Positions 40,585-51,884 of a DNA stretch of 62,960 nucleotides are shown one piece after another; position 1 is the first letter of the stretch, and each line of letters starts with the position of its first letter. A program made the translations under genes and the position numbers. Below the pieces are notes generated by a model. That model was not told the origin of the DNA. It searched no databases and was given only the letters and a program-made list of their open reading frames with translations. Source of the DNA: Acidobacteriota bacterium (lineage in GTDB: Bacteria > Acidobacteriota > UBA890 > WLXD01); contig DASCOT010000052.1 of NCBI GenBank assembly GCA_036012155.1, positions 1-62,960 of the forward strand, read 5' to 3'.

Positions 40585-41787
40585 TCACCTTGGGCCGGAT
40601 CGCTGCTCCGGTTGGCCTGCTGAGAAGCGCAGTGTGGTACGGGTCCGATAGGGTCGGCCGGGGCGCACGATCGTTGTCGGGAACGCCGGCTGGTTCGGCG
40701 AATCCGGGAAATGCTGCGTCTCCAGGCAAAACCCCGACCGGTGCGCATACCGACGTCCGCCTTTGCCCACCTGTGAGCCATCGAGAAAGTTGCCCGTGTA
40801 CAGCTGTATGCCGGGCTCGCTGGTGTAGACGTCGAGCACCCGGCCGCTATTCGGCTCGACGACGTGGGCGGCATGCATCGGCGCGGCGACTCCGGTGTCA
40901 GCGGCGGTATTGAGAACGAAGTTGTGATCGTAGCCGCCGCCGTGTCGCAACTGCATATGGTCAGCGTCGATACGCGCCCCAATGGCGGTCGGCATCCTGA
41001 AGTCGAAAGGCGTGTCTGCCACCGTCGCCAGCTCGCCCGTTGGAATCAACGTTGCGTCGACGGGCGTGTAGCGATCGGCGTTGATGTGGACCTCATGGCC
41101 CAGAACGTCACCGCTGACGGCAAGGTTGAAGTACGTGTGCTGGGTCAAGTTGACGGGGGTTGGTGCTTCGGCGACCGCCTGATAGTCGATCACCAGCTCG
41201 TCATCGTCAGTCAGCCGATAGGTGACCGTGACATCGAGCGCACCCGGATAGCCTTCCTCGCCGTCCTCGCTACGGTAGGTGAACGTGACCTGGGTCAGGT
41301 CAAGCGCTTCGCCACGCCAAAGAACTTTGTCGAAGCCGCGATCACCACCGTGTAGATGGTTGGCACCGTTGTTCGTTGCCAGCGTGCTCAGCGTCCCGTC
41401 GATAGAGAAGCGACCACCGGCGATACGATTGGCATAGCGTCCGACAACGGCACCGAAGTAGGGACTGTTGCCGAGGTAGCCGTCGAGCGTGTCGTAGCCG
41501 AGAGTAATGTCGGCAAGCTCACCGTCGCGATCGGGCGCCTCGATCGACTGCAGGATGGCGCCGTACTCGATGGCACGTACCCGGAGTCGGTTCGCGTTGG
41601 TGAGCGTGAACCGGCGAACATCGCGTCCGTCCGGCAGGGTTCCGAATGATTCCGGCGCGCTGCTGCTCTCGGTCGCCCCGCCATCCTCGTTGTCGCCCGG
41701 TGAGCACGCCGCCACCAGCAGAGCAGCAACCAGCAGCAGCGTCGCCACGGTACCGCCGGCCACCGGCGCGTCGGGATCAACCTTCAT
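40585..41787 (-). CDS. galM: Aldose 1-epimerase, predicted lipoprotein
   Basis: Lipobox LVAAC; GRYANRI, HLHGG, NLTQHTYFNL, GYDHNF, CLETQHFPDSPN. Confidence 0.93.
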   Translation of the reverse strand: MKVDPDAPVAGGTVATLLLVAALLVAACSPGDNEDGGATESSSAPESFGTLPDGRDVRRFTLTNANRLRVRAIEYGAILQSIEAPDRDGELADITLGYDTLDGYLGNSPYFGAVVGRYANRIAGGRFSIDGTLSTLATNNGANHLHGGDRGFDKVLWRGEALDLTQVTFTYRSEDGEEGYPGALDVTVTYRLTDDDELVIDYQAVAEAPTPVNLTQHTYFNLAVSGDVLGHEVHINADRYTPVDATLIPTGELATVADTPFDFRMPTAIGARIDADHMQLRHGGGYDHNFVLNTAADTGVAAPMHAAHVVEPNSGRVLDVYTSEPGIQLYTGNFLDGSQVGKGGRRYAHRSGFCLETQHFPDSPNQPAFPTTIVRPGRPYRTRTTLRFSAGQPEQRSGPR

Positions 41788-41987
41788 CGTTCTCTCACGA
41801 GTTCGCCCCGCCCGCTCGGCGGCAACGCTACGGCGGACCTTATCGGGCCATGCTTGAACGCTCAACGACCTGGCTGGGCGCCTGACGCCGCTTCTCAGCT
41901 TGGCTCACATCTGCTATAGGTAGCTCGCCGGATGCAACTACCGTTGCTGCACTCTGCCGGCAATCGTGCCGAAGGGGAGCGCGAACC

Positions 41988-43052
41988 ATGCGGTCTGGAT
42001 TCCTCGCCTCGCTGACTCTCAGCCTATGCTGCGCTCTCACCTCCGCCGACGTCGCGGCCGGGGCCGGGGCCGCCCACGACGCACTCGAACGAGCGCCGGT
42101 TTTCCCCCGAGCCCATTGGAAGAACCGCACGGCGGCGGCCCTCGACCTGGACGGCAGCGTGCTCGATGCGTTCGTGGCGAAGGTCGGCGGAAGTGGCATC
42201 ATCGTGCGCCACGGGTACATCGTTCGCAGCTGGGGCGTCGTCGACGAGCGCCTTGATTGGGCCTCGGCGCTGAAGTCGCTGCTCGGCACACTGCTGTTCT
42301 TGGCGATCGATGAGGGCACGCTGAGCGGCGTACATCAGACGATTGCCGCCGACTGGCCGGATCTGAAGGTACCGGACCGCCGCATCACCTTCCATCATCT
42401 GGCAAACAACATCAGCGGCTATGCGATGCCCGACCGACCCGGTAAGGCCTGGTCGTACAACGACAATGGCATTCGCCTGTTGTGCGAGTCGCTTCGCAAG
42501 GTGTACGGCGGCCGCACGGTGGCTCAGGCCATCCGCAAGCGCCTCAGACGCCTCAAACTGGAGGACGGGCTCAGCGGCGCGCGCGAGCGCTGCGGTGTGC
42601 TGATCTCGGTTCGCGACTTCGCCCGCGTCGGCTGGCTATGGCTAAATCGCGGTATCTGGCGGAAGCGCCAGGTGATTGCAGACGGGCATTTCAGCGACAG
42701 CGTTCGTGTGCAGGTGCCTGGACCCATGGCGGTGGCACGGGCAACGGCGTGCAACGACTATCTCGGGGTCGGCACGTTCGGTGGCGAGTGCAGCCAGACT
42801 CCGTTCGGCCCTGGGATCTTCGGTTACACGTGGTGGTTCAACGGCATTGTCGGCGGATCGCAGCGGCGCGCTTGGCCGGCAGCGCCAGTAGACACGTACG
42901 TCGCCGACGGCGACTGGGACGCGCGCATCGTCGTGGTGATTCCGAGCCTCGACATGGTGGCGGTAACGCAGCAGCAGAACGACAACGTAGCGCCCGATCT
43001 GGGGCGCATGAACGGCAAGCTGGAGCTGCTAGCCAAGGCGGTGCTCGACTGA
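41988..43052 (+). CDS. Exported serine hydrolase (beta-lactamase-like)
   Basis: Signal peptide, WASALKS (SxxK), WSYND, SVRDFARVGWLWLNRG, VIPSLDMV. Confidence 0.85.
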   Translation: MRSGFLASLTLSLCCALTSADVAAGAGAAHDALERAPVFPRAHWKNRTAAALDLDGSVLDAFVAKVGGSGIIVRHGYIVRSWGVVDERLDWASALKSLLGTLLFLAIDEGTLSGVHQTIAADWPDLKVPDRRITFHHLANNISGYAMPDRPGKAWSYNDNGIRLLCESLRKVYGGRTVAQAIRKRLRRLKLEDGLSGARERCGVLISVRDFARVGWLWLNRGIWRKRQVIADGHFSDSVRVQVPGPMAVARATACNDYLGVGTFGGECSQTPFGPGIFGYTWWFNGIVGGSQRRAWPAAPVDTYVADGDWDARIVVVIPSLDMVAVTQQQNDNVAPDLGRMNGKLELLAKAVLD

Positions 43053-43109
43053 CACAGCGTCGCCCGGTCGGCCGGGCCGGGCCGGGCTGTGCCGGAGATC
43101 AGCGGCGCC

Positions 43110-43175
43110 GGCTCTCAGTTTCCGGCAAACGTCGAGCCCATCGCTGTCCGGCAGCATGAGGTCGAGGATCACGAG
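43110..43175 (-). pseudogene. Internal remnant of an OmpR-type response regulator receiver domain
   Basis: Minus-strand LVILDLMLPDSDGLDVCRKLRA with unrelated flanks; not in the ORF track. Confidence 0.7.
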
Positions 43176-43252
43176 ACCCTGGTGCAGGGTAGATTGCACT
43201 TGTCACGAAGAGCTTCACGCCCGAAATCATGTGATTCGCATTGCAGGGACCC

Positions 43253-44833
<1,581 letters not shown>

Positions 44834-44897
44834 ATATCCGGTGCGCGCCCGACCCCTTGACCGGGACCGGGGCCCGCCACACTTCCACCCCGGCCCG

Positions 44898-46373
44898 CTA
44901 GCGCAGGGCGAAGTCGGCAATCAGCGGCAGATGGTCGGAGGCCCGGACCGTATCACCGCGCCGCAGACCATAAGCACGGCGCCGCCTACCGGTCATTGAC
45001 GGTGTATGCAGCACGAAGCGGTTCCGCGGCGTGAGAACGCTGTCCGTGAAGAAGACGAAGTCGAGGCGGCCAGGTGAGAAGTTACCGCTGCTGTTGTCGC
45101 GTCGCCAGGTGTACGCCATCGGCAAGTCGGCGTGCAGCGGCCGCAGATCCGTGAGCGCGCTGCCATCCCAGTCGGGGTCGAATGGCGGCCCGCCGCTGAC
45201 CGAATCGAATGGTGTCCCGGTGCGTAGGGCGTGCAACTCCTGTGCGTCACCGACCAGATTCATGTCGCCGATCATCACGATCGGTGTGTCTGGTGGCAAG
45301 GTCACGGTGCTGCCCGGGCTCAGGGCATCGCGCCAGAATCCGAGGATCGCGTCGATCTGCCGCCTGCGCTGACCGGCTGGGTCTTCGCAGCACTTCAGGC
45401 TCACCACAACTACCAGCATCTCGCTCGCCAAGAACGAACGCGTGTCGATGCGGTAGGCATCCACCCCAGGCGTAATCAGCCAGGTCTTGCTGATCGGAAA
45501 GCGGCTGGCAACAGCCGCGTCGCCGGCGGCCGCCGAAGCGTGCCAGCGGCGACCACCGCGCCGCGGTAGCCACTCGTCAAGCAGCGTCGCGATGCCGGCG
45601 GTGTTGTTCTTGGCGACCTCCTGGAATCCGACGACATCCGGTCGCACCGCGCTGAAGATACGCTGGTACGCCGGCTGGCGATCCAGATCAAAGAGCCCGT
45701 CGTGTTCGACGTTGTAGTTCATCACCCGTAGATGCCTGGCGGCGGCGCGCTCGAGCATGGCCCGCTCAGGCTCCGGGACGGAGCGCGCGCCGAGGCGGTA
45801 CGCCACACGTCGGGAATCACCGCTGCCGTGCAACAACGCCTGCACGGTGGTTAGCACTGCCCGGATCCGTCGGCCGGTGAACAGCACGGTGTCACCCGGC
45901 CGCGCCCCCAGCTCCAGCGCCAGCTCGAACCGTCGGGCGCTGACGGTCGGTGCGGTTACCAGGCCGATGTCGGCTGGATGGAGGCCGATACGCTGCGCGC
46001 CAGCGTGGCGCGTCCCCGACCGGGCGCCGAAGCGCCACTCAACGTCGGCGCCGATGCCAAATGCACGCCTCCCGGTTGCGGCGTCGGCGTCGGCATCCAG
46101 GAGCAAGACCGCGTCGCTCGTGCCCTGCAGGATCGCTTCCTGCGGCAGGCGGAAGTGGAAGTAGAGAAACCGGCCGCTGTCGGCAACCGCGAGGTCGGCG
46201 GCGGTGTGAGCCGAGCCGAGTAAAGCATCCCAGTCGGCGAACTTGCCGTCGATCACGATGGCACCCGGATACGCCCACGTCCGCGTTGGCGTGGCGCCGC
46301 TGGTTACCATGGACAACAGGGACAACGCCAACAGCCCCGCGCCTTTGCGCCAGGTGGTGCCTTTGCGGCCCAC
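44898..46373 (-). CDS. Exported endonuclease/exonuclease/phosphatase (EEP) family protein
   Basis: Signal peptide, N-domain IVIDGKFADW, RVMNYNV, DVVGFQE, GDMN, GRLDFVF, ASDHLP. Confidence 0.88.
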   Translation of the reverse strand: MGRKGTTWRKGAGLLALSLLSMVTSGATPTRTWAYPGAIVIDGKFADWDALLGSAHTAADLAVADSGRFLYFHFRLPQEAILQGTSDAVLLLDADADAATGRRAFGIGADVEWRFGARSGTRHAGAQRIGLHPADIGLVTAPTVSARRFELALELGARPGDTVLFTGRRIRAVLTTVQALLHGSGDSRRVAYRLGARSVPEPERAMLERAAARHLRVMNYNVEHDGLFDLDRQPAYQRIFSAVRPDVVGFQEVAKNNTAGIATLLDEWLPRRGGRRWHASAAAGDAAVASRFPISKTWLITPGVDAYRIDTRSFLASEMLVVVVSLKCCEDPAGQRRRQIDAILGFWRDALSPGSTVTLPPDTPIVMIGDMNLVGDAQELHALRTGTPFDSVSGGPPFDPDWDGSALTDLRPLHADLPMAYTWRRDNSSGNFSPGRLDFVFFTDSVLTPRNRFVLHTPSMTGRRRRAYGLRRGDTVRASDHLPLIADFALR

Positions 46374-46378
46374 CCTCG

Positions 46379-47656
46379 CTATCGCCGGGTCAGTCGTCGG
46401 CTTAGTGTCCGCGCACCGGCGAGCAGCCGGGCGATCGAGGTCGCCGCCGGTGCAGGCTCGCCGCCGGCCAGATCATGCGGCAGAAAGGCCCGCGCGTAGT
46501 CACGATCGATCATGTTGCGGTTGCCGTCGTGCAACTGAGCACCGAGTCGAACCGTTCGCCGCCACCCATGAGCTGCGCATCGCCAAAGCGCGCCTCCCGT
46601 ATTCGCCACGCGCACCGTCAACATCGTGGGCTCCGTGGCACGGCCCTCCCAGGCGCCTTCGCCGGCGAAGGAGATGTCGGCCAGTAGGCGCTTCCCGGCG
46701 ATGGCGTTGCAGGTCTGGCTCGTGTCCCAAATCTCGTGGTAGATCTCGTGCCACGCTGTAGTGCCGGGCTGGTACTTGTCGCTCGCCGCTGCAGGAGGAT
46801 GGTTGGTGATCTCCCAGACGAGCTTGTCGACGCCGATCTCGGCAGCCAGCTCTCGCGTACGGCTCATCTTCTCGTCGGAGTCGTTCCAATTGAAGATGAT
46901 GTAGCGCCAGTTGAGATAGGGGAGCTGCGCGCCGTGCGCCTCCCGAATCTCGACGAACCGGCGCATGATGCCGAACACCTTGTCGAAGTCGCCCTTGACG
47001 CGATACTTGACATACGTTTCGTGGTCCGGCCCGTCCACCGAGAAGGTGATCTCGTCGACCCCGGCCTTTACCAGGCGCTCCATCTTCTCATCGGTGAGCA
47101 GCAAACCGTTGGTGCTGATGTAGAGGAACACGTCCGGGTAGGTCGACTTGATGTACTCCATCATGTCGACCGACTTCGGGTGCACGAACGACTCGCCGTA
47201 GTTGAAGAAGTCGAGGCGCACGAGCTCGTCGCCGACCGAATCGACGATACGTTTGAAGTCGTCCCAGTCCATCAGACGCTGTGAGCGCGTCTGCACGATC
47301 TTCGAGGTCTGGTTACAGACCGCCTCGAAGCACGAGATGTTGCAGCCGACCGCAGGCTCCAGGAAGATCCTTGGCAGCGTCTCGACGTGCTCCGGTCGTT
47401 GAGGAATCGCGTAGTCTTCGTCGACCATCGTCTTGAGACCGCAGGGCTTGCAGAACGGCGCGTAGCCATCGTTCAGCTGGCGTCGGATCTTCTTGACGTG
47501 GGGAGCGTTCCAGATGTCGTGCAGCGTTTGTTTGTTGAGATCACCAAGCGGGCGCTCACCGTAAGGATCGGCGCAACCGCAAACGACCTTGCCATCGGAG
47601 AGCACGACGAGCTGGTTCCACAGCTAGTCACAGGTAAACCGCTGCTGTTCGGTCAT
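46379..47656 (-). pseudogene. SPASM-radical SAM-Ig-like gene with in-frame TAG (47624-47626) and truncated C-terminus
   Basis: ATG 47656 MTEQQRFTCD*LWNQLVVLSDGKVVCGCAD..CKPC; CNISCFEAVC, FNYGESFVH, STNG, FSVDG. A restart at GTG 47605 is possible. Confidence 0.7.
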
Positions 47657-47782
47657 CGTTGTGTGGGAACCGCGGCCGCGACGGTTGGCGGTCGCTCGAC
47701 TAACTGGGTTCAGGGACCGGGGACTCCTTCAAAGTATCGCAGCCGGCCCTTGGTGGTAATAGGCGCTGCCGTCTTGCCAGGA

Positions 47783-47977
47783 TCACGGATCCGTGGGCTC
47801 GTTCGAAGGGCGGTTCTGTCGCTGGTTGGCGCCCAGGCGCCCGGCGTCGCGCAGGGCGCGCCGCAGCACGTACTCCACCTGTGCATTGAGCGAACGCAGC
47901 TCATCGTCGGCCCATCTCCGCAACGATGCGTGGACCTTCGGATCAAGCCGGATCAAGACCGCCCTGCGCTCTGCCAC
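47783..47977 (-). CDS. Arc-like ribbon-helix-helix DNA-binding protein
   Basis: RAVLIRLDP..LRRWADDELRSLNAQVEYVL; follows the SPFH gene, a commonly seen pairing. Confidence 0.85.
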   Translation of the reverse strand: MAERRAVLIRLDPKVHASLRRWADDELRSLNAQVEYVLRRALRDAGRLGANQRQNRPSNEPTDP

Positions 47978-48059
47978 CTGCCGTTGCTCGCCTCGTCAGT
48001 ACCCCGCCCGGTGCCCTGCGCTATGCTTCCTATTCCAGTCGTCGTGCCTGTCGGCGCAT

Positions 48060-48950
48060 CTAGTAGACGCTACCGGCGTTCAGCACCGGCTGGGGCCGCG
48101 ACTCGCTTGTCAGGACCACGAGCAAGTTGCTGACCATCTGCGCGCGGCGCTCGTCGTCGAGTTCCACGATGCGCTGCGCGGAGAGCTGGTCCAGCGCGTC
48201 TTCCACCATCCCGACCGCCCCCTGCACGATCTTCTTGCGCGCCGCGATCACCGCGGCCGCCTGTTGGCGCTGCAGCATGGCGCTGGCGATCTCGGGCGAG
48301 TACGCCAAGTGACTTATACGAGCTTCGATCACCTCGACGCCCGCCTTGTCGAGACGATCCTGGATCTCGACCTTGAGCTTGTCGCTGATCTCGGCGGTAT
48401 GCGACACCAACGACACCTCGCCTTCGTCGAAAACGTCGTACGGGTATCCCGTGGCCAGAGCCCGTCCAGCTGCCTCGCTCTGCACGTGCACGTAGTGCTT
48501 GAAATCGTCGACCATGAACACCGCCTCGGCGGTGTCGACCACCTTCCAGACCACGACCGATGCGAACTCAATCGGGTTGCCACGCTTGTCGTTGACCTTG
48601 AGCTTGCCGGTCTCGAAGTTGCGCACCCGAAGCGACACTCTTTTCTTGGTCAGGAACGGGTTGGCCCAACGCAAGCCGGGCTCCTTGGCCGTGCCCACAT
48701 AGCGTCCGAAGAGCTGCAGTACCTTGCCCTCGTTCGGGGCGATCGTGAACAAGCCGGCCAGCATCACCAGGTCGGCGGCCCAGGCGAGGATCAGCCCCAC
48801 GAGCCACCAGACGCGACCAACGCTGGAACCAAGCTCTCCCAGATCGCGGATCGTCGCCACGATCATCCAGCTGAGTCCGACGAGCACCGCCAGCAGCACG
48901 AACAGCATCAGGAAGCCACTCAACGCCTTGTGTTCGATCTCGCGAATCAT
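48060..48950 (-). CDS. SPFH/band-7 membrane protein
   Basis: Two TM helices, [45 protein letters not shown]. Confidence 0.93.
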   Translation of the reverse strand: MIREIEHKALSGFLMLFVLLAVLVGLSWMIVATIRDLGELGSSVGRVWWLVGLILAWAADLVMLAGLFTIAPNEGKVLQLFGRYVGTAKEPGLRWANPFLTKKRVSLRVRNFETGKLKVNDKRGNPIEFASVVVWKVVDTAEAVFMVDDFKHYVHVQSEAAGRALATGYPYDVFDEGEVSLVSHTAEISDKLKVEIQDRLDKAGVEVIEARISHLAYSPEIASAMLQRQQAAAVIAARKKIVQGAVGMVEDALDQLSAQRIVELDDERRAQMVSNLLVVLTSESRPQPVLNAGSVY

Positions 48951-49037
48951 CGGTCGCTCCTGCTCTCATAGAGGGCCGTCGGAGAACCGCCGCTACGGTG
49001 GCCGCTCAGCTCCCCGGTCTCCATCACAGAAACTGTA

Positions 49038-49057
49038 TCAAAGTGATATCACTTTGA
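49038..49057. promoter_or_regulatory. Perfect 20-bp palindromic operator-like site
   Basis: TCAAAGTGAT|ATCACTTTGA, AT-rich with no loop, about 90 nt upstream of the SPFH start. Confidence 0.75.
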
Positions 49058-49078
49058 AAAGACCGAACTCCGTTCGGC

Positions 49079-49927
49079 TCAGCGTTTGGCCGCGACGATG
49101 TAGCAGACCCAGGCCTCGTCTGGGTCGGCGCTTTCCTGGGGCGTGTAGTTGCCATCGCCCTCGCCGGTCTTCGCATCGGTGCCTTCCCAGTACACCGTTG
49201 ACGAAGCGAAGCCGGCGTCGGCCAGCGCGTCTCGGATCTCGGGAATGGTGTACATGCGCCAGCGATAGGTGAACGCGCGCCGCAAGGCGCTGCCGTCGCC
49301 GAAAGTGAAGTGGATGTAGCAAGTCGCCATCCGGTTGATGGGATCGAAGTCGTCCTGATCCCAGATGTAGCTGAAGTCGTCGTGCTCGGTCTCGTCCTCG
49401 ACGCGTTGCACCGATTCCGGGCCGCCGTAGGCATCGAGAACCAACAGTCCTTGGCGATCGAGGTTGCGGCGCGCGGCTCGCAGATAGCGCAACAGTGCGG
49501 TGCGCTCAGTGAACAGGAAGTACGAGAAATTGGACGCCATCACGACGTCGACCGGAGGCGTGCGTTTCGTACGCACATCGCCCTCTACCAGGGCCACCCG
49601 TCGCCGTGTCTTCTTGGGCAGTTTGTCGAGGTTGTGGGCGCGGCCCCAGGACAGGGTTTCGGCATTCAGATCGACGCCCCAAGCCCGGTTCTTCTTGTGC
49701 GCCAATACCCAATCACGACAGACTGCGGCGGTACCGCAGAAGTCCTCGCGCAGACGGTAGGCTCGACGCCCGAACTCGCTGCGAAACGCATCGATCGCGA
49801 AGTTGACGTCGGCCTCCGGCTCCTGCACGGCACGCTCGTACAGAGCGTGCTTGTCGGCCGACTCGGCCTCGGTGGGAGCAGCTGGGCCGGGGATTGGGCC
49901 ACCCGAGCGGCGCGATTTGCGAGTCAC
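49079..49927 (-). CDS. Class I SAM-dependent methyltransferase
   Basis: LYERAVQEP, LREDFCGTA, GVDL, NFSYF, VLDAYGG, FTYRWR. GTG after GAGGAGG. Confidence 0.87.
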   Translation of the reverse strand: MTRKSRRSGGPIPGPAAPTEAESADKHALYERAVQEPEADVNFAIDAFRSEFGRRAYRLREDFCGTAAVCRDWVLAHKKNRAWGVDLNAETLSWGRAHNLDKLPKKTRRRVALVEGDVRTKRTPPVDVVMASNFSYFLFTERTALLRYLRAARRNLDRQGLLVLDAYGGPESVQRVEDETEHDDFSYIWDQDDFDPINRMATCYIHFTFGDGSALRRAFTYRWRMYTIPEIRDALADAGFASSTVYWEGTDAKTGEGDGNYTPQESADPDEAWVCYIVAAKR

Positions 49928-50050
49928 TCCTGTCTCCTCCTCGTCGCGGGCTGCCCAGAGGATCGGGCGCCCGTCGTGACCGCCCATCGTAAGCTACGGC
50001 GCGGAGCCACCGCACACCCATCGAGCACCCGAGAGACTAGGAGCCTGGCG

Positions 50051-51790
50051 ATGTCTCGAGTCCGTCCAGCGCCCGCCCTGCTGTTGGCTACCCTGACGAT
50101 CTACTCATGCACCGGCACGCCGGCAATTCCGTACGACATCGTCTTGCGCGGCGGCACGGTATACGACGGCAGCGGCGAGCCTCCGTTCCTCGGCGACGTC
50201 GCCATCGCTGCCGACCGCATTGTCGCGGTCGGTGATCTCGGCGACGCCGTCGCCGACGAGGAAATCGACGTTGCCGGGCTGGCCGTCGCGCCCGGGTTCG
50301 TCAACATGCTCAGTTGGGCTACTGATTCGCTGATCGTCGACGGCCGGTCACAGGGCGACATCCGGCAAGGTGTGACGCTCGAGGTGTTTGGCGAGGGCTC
50401 TTCCTACGGCCCCCTCAACGAGGGCATGAAGGCCGATGCTCTAGCCAACTGGATTGCCGGCGGCGGCGGCGAAGCCGCGGTCCGCGAGATGCTCGGGTTG
50501 GCGGCCGGTTCGAGGGTGGAGGTTCCCTGGACGACGCTCGGAGAGTACCTCTCCTTCCTGGAGAACAAAGGCGTCGCGCCGAACGTAGCCTCGTTCGTCG
50601 GCGCCACGACGCTGCGCGTGCATGTGCTTGGATACGAGGACCGCGCGCCCACCTCCGAAGAGCTCGTACAGATGCAGGAGCTCACGCGCGCCGCAATGCG
50701 CGAGGGCGCCATGGGTGTCGGCTCGTCGCTCATATACGCGCCGGCGTTCTACGCCGACACAGATGAGCTCGTCGCCATCGCCGCCGCCGCCGGTGAGTAC
50801 GGCGGAATGTACATCTCACACATGCGCTCGGAAGGGAATCGACTCATCGAGGCCGTCGACGAGCTCATCACGGTGGCGCGAGATGCCGGCGTGGCAGCGG
50901 AGATCTACCACCTCAAGGCGGGAGGACAGGCGAACTGGCCGAAGATGGCCATTGCCATCGACCGAGTAGAGGCGGCACGCGCCGAGGGCCTGGCGATAAC
51001 CGCCGACATGTACACCTACACGGCTGGCTCGACGGGCCTCGATGCGGCGATGCCTCCGTGGGCGCAGGAGGGCGGCTACACCGAATGGAGGGAGCGGCTG
51101 CGCGACGCCGACACCCGCCGGCGGGTACGGGAAGAGATGACCACACCGACCGACGAATGGGAGAACCTCTTGCTGGCTGCCGGGGCCGAGGGAACGCTGC
51201 TGGTCGGGTTCCGAAACGCCGAGCTGCGCCGGCAATACACCGGCAAGACGCTTGCGGCGGTCGCCGCCGAGCGCGGGCAGCATCCCGCCGACACCGCGAT
51301 CGACCTGGTGATCGAGGACGGCACGCGTGTGCAGGTGGTCTACTTCCTGATGTCGGAGGACAACATCGAGCTACAGATCAAGCGGCCCTGGGTGTCGCTT
51401 GGCTCCGACGCCGGTTCGCTCGCGACGGAGGGACGGTTCATTCTCACCAGCACGCACCCGCGAGCCTATGGCAACTTCTCGCGACTCCTCGGACGCTACG
51501 TCCGCGAGCGTGGCGTGATCTCGCTCGAGGAGGCTGTCCGCAAGCTCGCGGCGTTGCCGAGCGAGAACCTCGGCATCGTCGGCCGTGGCCGGCTCCAGGC
51601 AGGCTACTTCGCCGACCTTGCCATCTTCGATCCCGACACCATCGCCGACCATGCCACCTACGAGAATCCGCATCAGTACGCCACCGGAATGGTGCACGTA
51701 TTCGTCAACGGCCAGCAGGTGCTACGCGATGGCGAGCACACCGGCGCCCTCCCCGGGCGGGCGATCTATGGACCTGGCCACCCGGACTGA
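50051..51790 (+). CDS. N-acyl-D-amino-acid deacylase family amidohydrolase, predicted lipoprotein
   Basis: Lipobox IYSC; VAPGFVNMLSW, QGVTLEVFGEG, SHMRSEG, GSDA, THPRAYGNF, GYFADL. Confidence 0.92.
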   Translation: MSRVRPAPALLLATLTIYSCTGTPAIPYDIVLRGGTVYDGSGEPPFLGDVAIAADRIVAVGDLGDAVADEEIDVAGLAVAPGFVNMLSWATDSLIVDGRSQGDIRQGVTLEVFGEGSSYGPLNEGMKADALANWIAGGGGEAAVREMLGLAAGSRVEVPWTTLGEYLSFLENKGVAPNVASFVGATTLRVHVLGYEDRAPTSEELVQMQELTRAAMREGAMGVGSSLIYAPAFYADTDELVAIAAAAGEYGGMYISHMRSEGNRLIEAVDELITVARDAGVAAEIYHLKAGGQANWPKMAIAIDRVEAARAEGLAITADMYTYTAGSTGLDAAMPPWAQEGGYTEWRERLRDADTRRRVREEMTTPTDEWENLLLAAGAEGTLLVGFRNAELRRQYTGKTLAAVAAERGQHPADTAIDLVIEDGTRVQVVYFLMSEDNIELQIKRPWVSLGSDAGSLATEGRFILTSTHPRAYGNFSRLLGRYVRERGVISLEEAVRKLAALPSENLGIVGRGRLQAGYFADLAIFDPDTIADHATYENPHQYATGMVHVFVNGQQVLRDGEHTGALPGRAIYGPGHPD

Positions 51791-51884
51791 GACGCCGCCA
51801 CGCCCCGCGAGCTCTGAAATAGCGCGAGGTATGCAACGCAGGCCGCAAGCACGCCCGGCGACCGTGGTATAGCGTGCCGACCTG

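Noticed and set aside
47624-47626. Genome-wide TAG reassignment
   Set aside because: TAG ends conserved genes at their normal positions (glmS, carB, ybaB, SPFH).
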